Positions 45,881 to 55,275 of a stretch of DNA of 64,000 nucleotides are shown here, piece after piece. Positions within the stretch are counted from its first letter, which is position 1. Each line of letters starts with the position of its first letter. The notes below the pieces were generated by a model, which saw only the letters and a list, made by a program, of their open reading frames with translations, ran no database searches and had not been told where the DNA came from. The position numbers were made by a program, and so were the translations under genes. Source of the stretch: a virus (Duplodnaviria > Heunggongvirae > Uroviricota > Caudoviricetes). The DNA lies in the IMG/VR virus record IMGVR_UViG_3300013288_000004, positions 63,360-127,359 of that record. The stretch is one strand, 5' to 3'.

Positions 45881-47554
45881 TCAAGTGTTTTTTACGAACC
45901 GCAGCTTACCACAGTCCCATAAGCGATAGAATCCATGAGCATGCATGTTTTCTATCTCTGATTTGTTTGGGTCATAATTTTGTAATTTTTTAAGACCGGA
46001 AGTATGTCTCCAACTAAATTTATGCCAAACCTTTCCATCTTTAACCCAACTATAATCAGGTTCAAGCACACTGTCAAGCTTAAATTTTGAATTGTGATAT
46101 AAATCTCCTCCCGACCATCTTAAGTCTGCAAATGTCACTATCTTAGGTTTATCAAATTTGTTTTCAAAATGTGTTAACAATTTGGTAAATCCGCCAACAA
46201 CATTACATGAGGATGCGTATCTATTCAAAACATAATAATCATTGTACTTAATGAAACCCATACATGCAACTAAATCATTGTCACTCATTAAGCCAAAATT
46301 TATGGACGATGGGCCAGATTCTTGTATATGGTACAAATCAAAAAAATTATTCTTATCTTTTGTAGATACCTCACAGATTGTAGTTTTTCTTGCGAATATC
46401 TTACGTTCTTGTGATTTTCCGAATATGTTTAATAATTTTAATTTTACTAAATCATTTTTTTCAGTCCACTCATTTTCGAAGATTGTTATTAGTCGTATTC
46501 CATTATCTTTACATAAATTATATTTGTCAGCATGAAAGTTTTGTGTCTTACCAACTTTTTCACTATGCCAATATACTCCATTATATTCTATCGCTAATGA
46601 TATATCTGGTATGAAGCAATCCAACTCTACGCCTGCTATTTTTCTATAGTTGGGAATCGCGTTTGGAAATGATGATAGCACAAAATCGAAAAGCTCTTTT
46701 TCTCCAGCAGATCTGAAGTAATGTTTAACTTCTATGTTATGCTTAAAACAATAATTAGATACAGTAGTTTGAGTAACATCGATGATTTTGGCTATTTCCC
46801 CCTGTGTCATCTTTTTGTTATGATGCATATCAATCAATATATCTTTTGAATTTAAAACCTCTAATGCTTCGTTAGATAGATTTTTTTGCACATGAAATTC
46901 AACACCATATTTTTGTAAACAAGTCGCTTTATTTTTATTTTTAATCTTATCAGATTGCATAGCATTTTGCGTGCCATATTTTTCTTTATTTGTTTCTTTG
47001 ATCTTATCCTTTATTTCATCTACCATCAGAGGATTAGCAACACCGTAGACTTTCATTGACTTAATAATTTTCTTTTGCTTAACACTATCGGCTTGCGAAG
47101 GGTTGGATACTCCATATTTTTCTTTAACCGTATTCTCTATTTTATCTCGTATTATTTTAGATTGAGATACAAATTCTACGCCATATTTTTTCAAATTAGT
47201 TTTTTTGATACTTTCGCGAATACTACCAACAGATAAAATCTGGCGGGTTCCATATTTTTTCAATACCGCTTTTTCTCTATTCTGTTGTTCTACCTTTCTT
47301 GCACATTCTCTACAATAGTCACTGTATGTGTTTTGCTTTTTTCGAAGAAAAACAACTTGATCGCACAGAGCACATTTTGGTATTGTGAATACTTCGTTCG
47401 TTATGTGCCATGCTCTTACAACCAAAGGAAAATCTTCAGGAACAAAATTAGTTAATCGTTTTAATTCAGCCAACAATAGTGGTCTATTCCTAGCTAACCA
47501 TCCCGGCCAGTTTTTTTGTTTGAATATCTCTCGTAGTTCTTCTTTAACTGTCAT
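45881..47554 (-). CDS. Hef-like putative homing endonuclease: KKYG repeats, PD-(D/E)xK-like domain and C-terminal Mom/GNAT-like domain
   Basis: Repeated (K/E)KYG; ELDCFIPD..LAIEYNGVYWHSE; LNRYAS..VGGFTKLL..TFADLRW. Confidence 0.75.
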   Translation of the reverse strand: MTVKEELREIFKQKNWPGWLARNRPLLLAELKRLTNFVPEDFPLVVRAWHITNEVFTIPKCALCDQVVFLRKKQNTYSDYCRECARKVEQQNREKAVLKKYGTRQILSVGSIRESIKKTNLKKYGVEFVSQSKIIRDKIENTVKEKYGVSNPSQADSVKQKKIIKSMKVYGVANPLMVDEIKDKIKETNKEKYGTQNAMQSDKIKNKNKATCLQKYGVEFHVQKNLSNEALEVLNSKDILIDMHHNKKMTQGEIAKIIDVTQTTVSNYCFKHNIEVKHYFRSAGEKELFDFVLSSFPNAIPNYRKIAGVELDCFIPDISLAIEYNGVYWHSEKVGKTQNFHADKYNLCKDNGIRLITIFENEWTEKNDLVKLKLLNIFGKSQERKIFARKTTICEVSTKDKNNFFDLYHIQESGPSSINFGLMSDNDLVACMGFIKYNDYYVLNRYASSCNVVGGFTKLLTHFENKFDKPKIVTFADLRWSGGDLYHNSKFKLDSVLEPDYSWVKDGKVWHKFSWRHTSGLKKLQNYDPNKSEIENMHAHGFYRLWDCGKLRFVKNT

Positions 47555-48167
47555 CTTCTAATTCTGGAATATTAATCATATTTATGTATTTTTTCTTGAT
47601 TACTTTCCGTAATCCCGGATTAATATGATAGATGTGTTGCATCATATTTGCTCTCATATAATTGCGCATTAGATGTAAATCTTTGTTCATTTCATCTTCA
47701 ACAACATCTAACTTATTGATTTTACAATGATTTTCGAAAACTGATTTTTCTGTTGTCAAAAACGGACGGATGATGTTACCAGAAGTTACAGGGATCAACT
47801 TACCTTCACCATGTAATGAAGACCACACCCACGTTTCTACGGCATCATCGATATGATGACCAGTGATAATCTGTTGATCACATGATCTAAGAAAACGATA
47901 CCTAGCTCTACGCCATGCGTCTTCAAGGGATTGTCCCTTCTCACGTTGTCCATGATAACTAGCCAGAACAATAGGCATTCTGAGTCTATCAGCCAGACGA
48001 CAACATTTATACTCAATGTCTGCCGAGTATTGACATAGATGGTTAAAATGGTATAGGGTGACTTCCTTATTTCCCTTTTTCAGGAAATGTGCGATAGCCA
48101 ATGAATCGACTCCACCGGAAAATGCAACCCCGACTTTGTTAGGAACTTTTACAAGGAAACGGAACAT
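47544..48167 (-). CDS. tilS: Minimal tRNA(Ile)-lysidine synthetase (PP-loop domain)
   Basis: AFSGGVDS, RRARYRFL, TGHHIDDAVET, IIRPFL; start trimmed to MFRF. Confidence 0.85.
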   Translation of the reverse strand: MFRFLVKVPNKVGVAFSGGVDSLAIAHFLKKGNKEVTLYHFNHLCQYSADIEYKCCRLADRLRMPIVLASYHGQREKGQSLEDAWRRARYRFLRSCDQQIITGHHIDDAVETWVWSSLHGEGKLIPVTSGNIIRPFLTTEKSVFENHCKINKLDVVEDEMNKDLHLMRNYMRANMMQHIYHINPGLRKVIKKKYINMINIPELEDDS

Positions 48168-48175
48168 GATTATAT

Positions 48176-48248
48176 CGCCTCGGGTGAGATTTGAACTCAC
48201 GATCACAATTTTAGAGAAAGTCGCTTTAGGCCACTAAGCTACCGAGGC
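48176..48248 (-). tRNA. Amber-suppressor-like tRNA (CUA) with a weak anticodon stem
   Basis: GCCTCGG/CCGAGGC; D and T arms intact; loop CTCTAAA; an alternative UCU register has a non-canonical C33. Confidence 0.55.
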
Positions 48249-48255
48249 TTATAAT

Positions 48256-48447
48256 TTAATTCCACTGCGCCCCGTGCTTCGAATCATACTCGTCTGCGAG
48301 TATTCCTTCAATCTCATCTTCGATGTCCGCGATCATATCTTCTAAATCTTCTACGAGTTCATCGTCCACTTCATCCATCCCACGAGCTTCAGCAAGTTGC
48401 TTGGAGAGTGTAATCAAACGTGCCTGAAGGTTGTTCAGGTTGCTCAT
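48256..48447 (-). CDS. Acidic coiled-coil small protein
   Basis: RBS. Confidence 0.65.
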   Translation of the reverse strand: MSNLNNLQARLITLSKQLAEARGMDEVDDELVEDLEDMIADIEDEIEGILADEYDSKHGAQWN

Positions 48448-48545
48448 TTGTTTTTATGTCCTGTTGTTAGTGTGGATAGACTATATCAAAAAAGAAGGGG
48501 TGCGTCAAGCACCCCTTTGAATGTTACAACTGTTTATAATTATTG

Positions 48546-49064
48546 TTATTGACAATTTGGAACCACTAACGCAGTGTACGGTGTAGTTGGATCACGATTC
48601 AACACAAAAGTTCCAGAAGGGCCACCCGCTGGCGTACTTAACTGAATTGTTAAGTAGTTGTTGGTTGCATCGTATGCTACGACACTAAAGGTACCAGCTA
48701 GTGCAGACTTTGTCAAGAGGTTGAAACTTTGACCATACGGGATTCCCGTATTGGTAGAATCGTGCTTGTAACCTTCTGCGTGTATCCAACCGTTAACTGG
48801 ACCAGTGCGAGGGATTGAGACTGTAGCTCTTAAAACCTTTCCGCAAGTAGCTGGACCATAGCTACCTGCATAGTAGCTACCTGACGCTAGGACCACTTTT
48901 AAGCCGGGAACCTGATACGACGCCCAATAACCGGAGGCATCTGCTGGAACCACTGCTGTAGTAACTGGTACTGGTGGAAGTGTAACATAATTCTGCTTGG
49001 CTACTGCTGAAATTGATGCAAGGGCTAAGACCGATGCACATACGACTTTAATAAAATTTTTCAT
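48546..49064 (-). CDS. Secreted or periplasmic hypothetical protein
   Basis: Signal-peptide-like N-terminus; ATAAATA late-type box upstream. Confidence 0.7.
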   Translation of the reverse strand: MKNFIKVVCASVLALASISAVAKQNYVTLPPVPVTTAVVPADASGYWASYQVPGLKVVLASGSYYAGSYGPATCGKVLRATVSIPRTGPVNGWIHAEGYKHDSTNTGIPYGQSFNLLTKSALAGTFSVVAYDATNNYLTIQLSTPAGGPSGTFVLNRDPTTPYTALVVPNCQ

Positions 49065-49100
49065 AAAATAGATCTCCTGTTGTAAGTCTATTTATGATGT

Positions 49101-49124
49101 TCCCCAACCGCCGTACCAATTTTA
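49101..49124 (-). repeat. G-rich dispersed element (variant)
   Basis: TCCCCAACCGCCGTACCAATTTTA. Confidence 0.65.
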
Positions 49125-49197
49125 ACACCATGTATATGAACATAAAATGAATGGCCGGGTTTCCCCGGCCATTCTTTATAACTTATCTACCAGACTC

Positions 49198-50286
49198 TCA
49201 CTTTACGTGAGAGTAGGTTTCACCATCGCGGATGCGTGCTACAGTTCGCGGGCTAACCTGATAGAACCTTGCGATTGCTGCCAGAGTCTCACCCCTCGCC
49301 AGCGATGCTCGGATGCCACGGACTTCGTTGTCCTCCAACACTCCAACAGCGACCACGTTTACAACTTCATTCTCAGTATCTTCTCGACCTTCGGCATCCT
49401 TCATCCACTCCAGATTACCTTGTTCTTCGTCTGCATCGTCTTCATAATCATCTACATAATCATCTTCATCAAAATCTTCCGCATCATCCCAACCGTTACA
49501 ATCGTTGGTGGAAATGAAATTCGGCTTGATACGATCATTCCATTCAATCTCACGGAGGATAGTATACTTCCATGCACGACCCTTGGAGTTACCGTAATCG
49601 TAAGGAATTGAGATAACATCAGCGGGATCAATTTCAACCACTACCAGACGATGACCATGCGAACCTGAACCATATCCACCATTCAGAACATAATTCAGCG
49701 ATGCAAAATGCAGACCATACGAGCAGGTATTCATACGTTCAGGATCAACATTCTCCGGACTCTTCAAAGATACCAGAGTGCCCGGACTATTGTCCATCTT
49801 ACCAGTGTAAATATCCGTAAAATCGGAATTCACCATCTTATAAGCGAGGAACGTGCCATTCTCAGTAATCGGGCAATCGCCACCTTCAAGGAACAAATAC
49901 AGTTCATCTTCAAACTTAGGCGAATACAGTTTACTATCCTTGTCCAGACGCGGATTGGCAGCAACACGGTTCAGGAAGCGCAACAGTGGAGCCACCCCGA
50001 AACCTTCTGCGAACATGGTAGCGACACGATCAGCAAGAGCACCACGCATCGGGCCACCATCAAAATACAACTTACCATCGACCAGTTCAGCGCGACCCTC
50101 GGTCAACTGTGCAACATACTCGCGGATGTTCAGAAGACGCTTAAAAATGGATACATCGGTCTCGCCACGAACCAGTGCAGACTTAACATCCTTATAGTTA
50201 GGTGCAGTCTTTGGAATCGTGTATGCTGCGCCATCGACGGCGACCGTAACAGCATTTTCGGTGGAGATGAAGGGAATCGTTGCCAT
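49198..50286 (-). CDS. rIIB: rIIB-like protein
   Basis: ITENGTFLAYK, DNSPG, TCSYGLH, VEIDPADVISIPYDY. Confidence 0.85.
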   Translation of the reverse strand: MATIPFISTENAVTVAVDGAAYTIPKTAPNYKDVKSALVRGETDVSIFKRLLNIREYVAQLTEGRAELVDGKLYFDGGPMRGALADRVATMFAEGFGVAPLLRFLNRVAANPRLDKDSKLYSPKFEDELYLFLEGGDCPITENGTFLAYKMVNSDFTDIYTGKMDNSPGTLVSLKSPENVDPERMNTCSYGLHFASLNYVLNGGYGSGSHGHRLVVVEIDPADVISIPYDYGNSKGRAWKYTILREIEWNDRIKPNFISTNDCNGWDDAEDFDEDDYVDDYEDDADEEQGNLEWMKDAEGREDTENEVVNVVAVGVLEDNEVRGIRASLARGETLAAIARFYQVSPRTVARIRDGETYSHVK

Positions 50287-50339
50287 GTTTGTTACTCCTA
50301 GTGGGTGTGTGTTTTCAGTGTGGTAATCATAACTCAGTC

Positions 50340-52562
50340 TTAGCTCGGTGTCAACAACTTTTCGAGCACTTCCAAGTCTACAGGCGGAAGAAGTGGCGCA
50401 CCATGCTTGGCATCATACATATCCATATATTCCGCAAATTCAGCCTTTGATTGTGCGTCAACAGTAAAATAATAACTGTGGCGAATATGCCTCAACAGTG
50501 GATAATGGTCCACCAGCTTCCTGATATTATCAGTAACATAATCCCGAATGGTAGCCTCAATATGATTAAACTTACCAATCGGACGCTGTTGCAGAATCTG
50601 CTTAAGCATAACAGAATCATATTGCGATGCAACTTCAGTCTTACTAAACAGGGTCAATTCAACATCAAGCAACCACTGTTTAACTTTGGTATTATTCAGA
50701 ACCAATTGATAACGCGCATCCGAATTATCCCTGATATAATTGAAAGCATTCAAATAAGCGGCACTCTCCCATACATCGGCATACAGTTTAGCAATTGCAT
50801 CAGCATTGAAATGCTCATTAATATAATTATTCAACAGAATCCAATTTTCATCCTTTGCAATCTTTTCAGCGGTCTTAACGGGGAAAGCGTAAATCGGAAT
50901 CTGATATTCATTGGGAACTAGACCAAGGGAAACCAGTTCCTTGAACTTGGTCAGAATCTTATAATCATTGATAACCCCATTATCAGACACGACATAGAAT
51001 GCCGGTTCAATTACAGTCTTATCAACAATCTTGGTCCAGTTATAACGAGTCTTACAGAAATCCTGATTAGAAGTCTTGAACTCTTCAAACGGAACCATAT
51101 ACCCATGAGCCTTGACAAACGAATATGAGCTAGAAACATCAACCGGATCAAACTCGGACAACAGTTTAGTGGTAATACCAGAATCTTCAAAAACCTTTTG
51201 AATATCCAGACTCTTTTCCAGATCACTCGGCACAACTACCCAACAGGTAGAATACTGATTCTGATTATGGATAGCAATATACCGACGCTTCATATACTTG
51301 CAATCATTCGCAATCAGAATAAACTTGCGGCTGTTATTAAACTCATTAATAGCCACGCGATTCTGAGCATAAGTAGACCTAGAATTGCCAGACAATTGCT
51401 GGACACTCATAATCTGGAGATGGCAAGCATTCGCGCCCATAGCCTCTTTAACCGATTGAACATCAAAGTAGGCATATCGACCAGTGAATCGCACAACACC
51501 ATCATTATCCTTATCGTTCTTGATTACAATGATATTGCCAACGTCATCATTGGATTCTGCGATAAACTGCGCACGTTCCCAAGGAGTCTTGAATCCAGAG
51601 AATTGCTTTTCAAAGGTAGCAGTAATCTCTTCGATTAGACCATCGAAAACCTTATCAAAAGCCTTAATGGTGCGAGAATCATAAGAAAGATTCTCACGCG
51701 AAGGAGTTACGGAAACATCACCGATATTAAAGTAAATTCGAATAACACGATTAGACAACCAAGAGATAACCTTTTCATGCTTGGGAAGTTTCTCTTTCAA
51801 AATCTGGAAATTCAATTCATATCCAACCGGACCCATAATCGCCACTACACCACGACGATAATCGCCAGTCTTAAACATAGTAATATTATGATACTTAACC
51901 AGAATATCATTATCAGTAGGTTCATCCTGCCATTCAACAGAATGATCGCCACCCTTGATAATCGGGCGAACCTTAAAGAAATGCAATTGGCGAGAGATAG
52001 CCCTAGCAAATGCCGAACGATCACCAAGGTTATTAACCGGCATGATAATCTCAACACCATTAGGCTCAGTAGTTTCCTTTTCCAGAAGCAAACTGTGAAT
52101 AGGAGTACCATCCTCACGCTTATACATCGTGAAGGTACGCGACATACCATCCTTGATTGCCACCACGTTGAAGGTATCAGTATAAGCAAATGGAGTCTTG
52201 GAACCAAGACCGAATGCGCCAACGGAATCGTTACTGTTTTCCTTGGTAGAAACGAATAGGCTAGTAAAGACATTCTCAACAGTGTGAGTGTCCATACCAA
52301 TACCATAATCCTTTACAGAAAAATACGGTTCCATAATAGACGGCAGATGAATCTCAAACGGGAGATCAGGAGTGCCAGCTTCCTTATGGGCATCATAAGC
52401 GTTACAAGAAATCTCACGCACGATGGAACCGATCTTATCCTGATACAGTGTGCTAGAAAGAATCTCAAACGCCTTGCCATTAGCGGCAATGGTAAACTGT
52501 CCACGCAAGTCTTGCGGGATGTTGGACACTGCGCCCTCACTGCGACGTTCGTTCAGAAGCAT
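50340..52562 (-). CDS. rIIA: rIIA-like protein (GHKL-type N-terminus)
   Basis: LSSTLYQDKIGSIVREISCNAYDAH, KDYGIGM, GAFGLGSKTPFAY; start trimmed to MLLNE. Confidence 0.9.
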   Translation of the reverse strand: MLLNERRSEGAVSNIPQDLRGQFTIAANGKAFEILSSTLYQDKIGSIVREISCNAYDAHKEAGTPDLPFEIHLPSIMEPYFSVKDYGIGMDTHTVENVFTSLFVSTKENSNDSVGAFGLGSKTPFAYTDTFNVVAIKDGMSRTFTMYKREDGTPIHSLLLEKETTEPNGVEIIMPVNNLGDRSAFARAISRQLHFFKVRPIIKGGDHSVEWQDEPTDNDILVKYHNITMFKTGDYRRGVVAIMGPVGYELNFQILKEKLPKHEKVISWLSNRVIRIYFNIGDVSVTPSRENLSYDSRTIKAFDKVFDGLIEEITATFEKQFSGFKTPWERAQFIAESNDDVGNIIVIKNDKDNDGVVRFTGRYAYFDVQSVKEAMGANACHLQIMSVQQLSGNSRSTYAQNRVAINEFNNSRKFILIANDCKYMKRRYIAIHNQNQYSTCWVVVPSDLEKSLDIQKVFEDSGITTKLLSEFDPVDVSSSYSFVKAHGYMVPFEEFKTSNQDFCKTRYNWTKIVDKTVIEPAFYVVSDNGVINDYKILTKFKELVSLGLVPNEYQIPIYAFPVKTAEKIAKDENWILLNNYINEHFNADAIAKLYADVWESAAYLNAFNYIRDNSDARYQLVLNNTKVKQWLLDVELTLFSKTEVASQYDSVMLKQILQQRPIGKFNHIEATIRDYVTDNIRKLVDHYPLLRHIRHSYYFTVDAQSKAEFAEYMDMYDAKHGAPLLPPVDLEVLEKLLTPS

Positions 52563-52701
52563 TTCTTTTCTCCAGTTGGTTTGTATGGATGAATCATAGC
52601 ACAGTACGATGAACGGTAAATGAACAAAACCGTTTTCTTTCTTCATGAACGGTTTATGAATGTTGCGAAAAAACAACAAGACAGAGTTATATTATATGTG
52701 G

Positions 52702-52724
52702 TAAAATGGGATGGAGGTCGGGGA
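52702..52724 (+). repeat. G-rich 23-bp dispersed element (variant)
   Basis: TAAAATGGGATGGAGGTCGGGGA. Confidence 0.85.
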
Positions 52725-52817
52725 TGGTAGGAAAGACAAAAAAGAAACCCCACGTCTCAGGTGGGGTTCTGTTATATTACAGATTTAACACTCGTAGCAG
52801 AGTTAGTGATTTAGCTA

Positions 52818-53873
52818 TCATATGATAGCACTTTTTGACTTAACGGACTCTAAGCTCGTTATCCAGTCTAGTCCTTTGTGTAGAATATTTTTTGCTGCAT
52901 TTACATCTGCGTCTTGTGTATGACCGCAACTGATGCAACAATAATTTTCTAGATATCGACTGGATGCAGCAATATTACCACAAGCGGAACATTTCTGAGA
53001 AGTGTAAGCCGGATTAACATAGACCAAGCTAACACGGTTAGCTTGGGCCTTCATTTTCATAGCTTCTATAACTTGTCTATAGCTCCAATGTTGCTGTTTT
53101 TGTCTTGTTTGTTTATTTCTTTTTGTACTTCCTTTCTTCAAATTTTTAATGTTTTCATAGCAAAGCACTTCCATTTCTGTCCACGGAAGCAAGTTAACTG
53201 ATTGATTTATATAGTTTTTCTTTTCTGCTATGGCTCTTTTGTAATTCTTACTGTTCTTTTTCTTCCTTAGAATTTTATCATTGATTCGATTAAAATCAGT
53301 TCCTAATTTTTCACCATAGCTAGTGGTCAATAGCTTGTTCATTCCGATGTCTACACCGACCTTCAAGCTATTTTTCTTTTCAGGTGGGTTCGCCTCTACC
53401 CAGACGATGAAACCGTCTGGGCGAAGCTCACAGCCTTGTATCAATGTACCAGTTTTAAGCCATTTGTTTAAATGTGCATGCTTCTTTGTTGGTATTTCTA
53501 TTCGTCTTCCAGATTTCAATGTTGATAATTTTATCCACAAATCAAATTCTTTTGAAGATTTGTTCGTGTCAATAGACACGAACTTTGCATCTAGCACCGG
53601 ATAACCATTGAAATCTGGTTTGGATTTGTTCTTTTCGCTTTTACAAATTTGAAGTGCCTGTTTCAATGCATTGGATTTATATCTTTCGGATAAATCTTGA
53701 ACTTTATCTATAGATTTCAATGTTTTAGCATCTAATTTTGCTGTTTCTTTGTTGTTCCAGATGTAATCTATAAACATATTAACTTGACATCTATAGCGAC
53801 TAATCAAAGCAAGGACTTTATTTTGCTTTGCTTCTGTTGCATATGATTTCAACTTAATAGCTCTTTTAAACAT
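52818..53873 (-). CDS. tnpB: TnpB RNA-guided endonuclease
   Basis: GVDIG, YENIK, PAYTSQKCSACG, CISCG..DADVNAAKNI; RuvC D/E/D present. Confidence 0.92.
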   Translation of the reverse strand: MFKRAIKLKSYATEAKQNKVLALISRYRCQVNMFIDYIWNNKETAKLDAKTLKSIDKVQDLSERYKSNALKQALQICKSEKNKSKPDFNGYPVLDAKFVSIDTNKSSKEFDLWIKLSTLKSGRRIEIPTKKHAHLNKWLKTGTLIQGCELRPDGFIVWVEANPPEKKNSLKVGVDIGMNKLLTTSYGEKLGTDFNRINDKILRKKKNSKNYKRAIAEKKNYINQSVNLLPWTEMEVLCYENIKNLKKGSTKRNKQTRQKQQHWSYRQVIEAMKMKAQANRVSLVYVNPAYTSQKCSACGNIAASSRYLENYCCISCGHTQDADVNAAKNILHKGLDWITSLESVKSKSAII

Positions 53874-54444
53874 TTTCGTCTTCCAATATTTGTTGGATCT
53901 TTTGTTTCTTGTTCTGCGCTCTGCGCAGACCATATAATTTACAACAAAATGATGTAATAACAGAAACTAAATCTTTCATTAAATCCGCATGCTCTTCTTG
54001 ATCTCTATTCATAACAGTTAATTTACAACCAATCATAGGAAGTAATAAATCAAAGTAATTGAATCCAAATCTGGTCAATCTGTCCTTGTGCTCAACAATG
54101 ATATGTTTTGGTTTCTGTTCAATCAATTTAATTAATTTTGGTCGCTTATCATTCATGCCAGAAGCAATTTCTTTTGTAACTGAGATTATTTCGTATCCAT
54201 TGGCATTAGCAAATTCAACACATCTTTGGGCTTGTCTGGTTAGATCATCTTTCTTCTCATGTGAAGAAACTCTGGCATAGATATGTACTGATTTATTTTC
54301 ATCCGTGTTGACAGGCAGCTCATCTTGTATTATGATGGTGCCAGATGGGAATTGAGTTGAATTTGGAATTTTACCTGCCTTGAACCAGCGAAGCGCTGTC
54401 AAGTAGGAAATCCCTTGTTTATTTGCCCATTGTCGAAGTTTCAT
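53866..54444 (-). CDS. tnpA: IS607 TnpA serine recombinase
   Basis: N-terminal HTH, IYARVSS..DL.RQ, EIASGMNDKRPKL, VEHKDRLTRFG. Confidence 0.92.
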   Translation of the reverse strand: MKLRQWANKQGISYLTALRWFKAGKIPNSTQFPSGTIIIQDELPVNTDENKSVHIYARVSSHEKKDDLTRQAQRCVEFANANGYEIISVTKEIASGMNDKRPKLIKLIEQKPKHIIVEHKDRLTRFGFNYFDLLLPMIGCKLTVMNRDQEEHADLMKDLVSVITSFCCKLYGLRRAQNKKQKIQQILEDENV

Positions 54445-54466
54445 GTAATATCACCTTTCATATATC

Positions 54467-54474
54467 TATTTATA
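54467..54474 (-). promoter_or_regulatory. T4-type late promoter box
   Basis: TATAAATA about 23 nt upstream of the tnpA start. Confidence 0.5.
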
Positions 54475-54506
54475 GCAGATGATATTATTTGTGCTAATTT
54501 TCGGAA

Positions 54507-54860
54507 TTATGAGTCAAGACGCCTTTCAGCACGTTCAGCGGCTTGGATTACAGCCTTTGGCATTTCGTCCATCACCTTGTCAATAATCTTGCTCTCCAGT
54601 TCGCGATACTCCCCAGCCTTGGTAGGATGCTTGGCATTGGGAATCGTAATATCGAAAACATTACGACCAGCATCCAGACGACCAGCTACAATCTCACGAC
54701 CACGAGCCTTTACAAACTGATCCTTTGGATTAGTCCATGCGGCTGCAATCTTGACCTGAAGCCCTTCAGATGTTACGGTAGGAATGTACCCCACCGTAAC
54801 ACGATGATCGGCCATCTGAATGACATGAAACTTGAAATTAATCTTACGCTTCATTGTCAT
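54507..54860 (-). CDS. Phage hypothetical protein
   Basis: AAWTNPKDQFVKARGR motif. Confidence 0.75.
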   Translation of the reverse strand: MTMKRKINFKFHVIQMADHRVTVGYIPTVTSEGLQVKIAAAWTNPKDQFVKARGREIVAGRLDAGRNVFDITIPNAKHPTKAGEYRELESKIIDKVMDEMPKAVIQAAERAERRLDS

Positions 54861-54868
54861 TCTCCCTA

Positions 54869-55192
54869 TTATCGCTTGTTAGACTTCTGAATCAGGTGGA
54901 AGTAGGTATTGGCAATCGGCTTGCTAATGCCATCCGCAACAAACTTAGCCACGATGTCAGCACGGGCAGCAGTAGGGTTAGCGGCATAAATGGAGCGAGC
55001 ACGAGAGAGGGCAGAGCCAGCAACACGCGGACGTCCCGGTACACCCTTGGCCTTGGCAGGCTTCACACTAGGCGTAGCTTCTGCGGCAGTGTTAGTAGCC
55101 TCAGTAACAGCACCTTCAACGACTGCGCTGGTATCAGCATGGACAACGGTATCAACAGTTTCAGTTGCAACAGTTTCGATTTCTGTATTCAT
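54869..55192 (-). CDS. Hypothetical protein with an A/T/V/E-rich N-terminus and possible DNA-binding C-terminus
   Basis: Start trimmed to MNTEI. Confidence 0.7.
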   Translation of the reverse strand: MNTEIETVATETVDTVVHADTSAVVEGAVTEATNTAAEATPSVKPAKAKGVPGRPRVAGSALSRARSIYAANPTAARADIVAKFVADGISKPIANTYFHLIQKSNKR

Positions 55193-55275
55193 TTTGTTTC
55201 TCCGGTTAGTGGGTTTAAAAATTTCGTGGATCATTTCCACGTTGTTAGGTTACTTGGTTTTTACTTACTTGTCAA

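Larger units (their letters stand above)
52790..54490 (-). mobile_element. IS607-family element (ends approximate)
   Basis: Serine-recombinase tnpA overlapping tnpB. Confidence 0.8.

Noticed and set aside
46700-47300. KKYG repeats as a novel repeat system
   Set aside because: Protein-level repeats typical of phage homing-endonuclease-like ORFs, not a DNA repeat array.
47544-48206. Longer TilS start in the ORF track
   Set aside because: The extension overlaps the tRNA gene at 48176-48248; MFRF at 48167 is the more plausible start.
49708-52592. Several plus-strand ORFs of 100-200 aa
   Set aside because: Antisense shadows of rIIA/rIIB.
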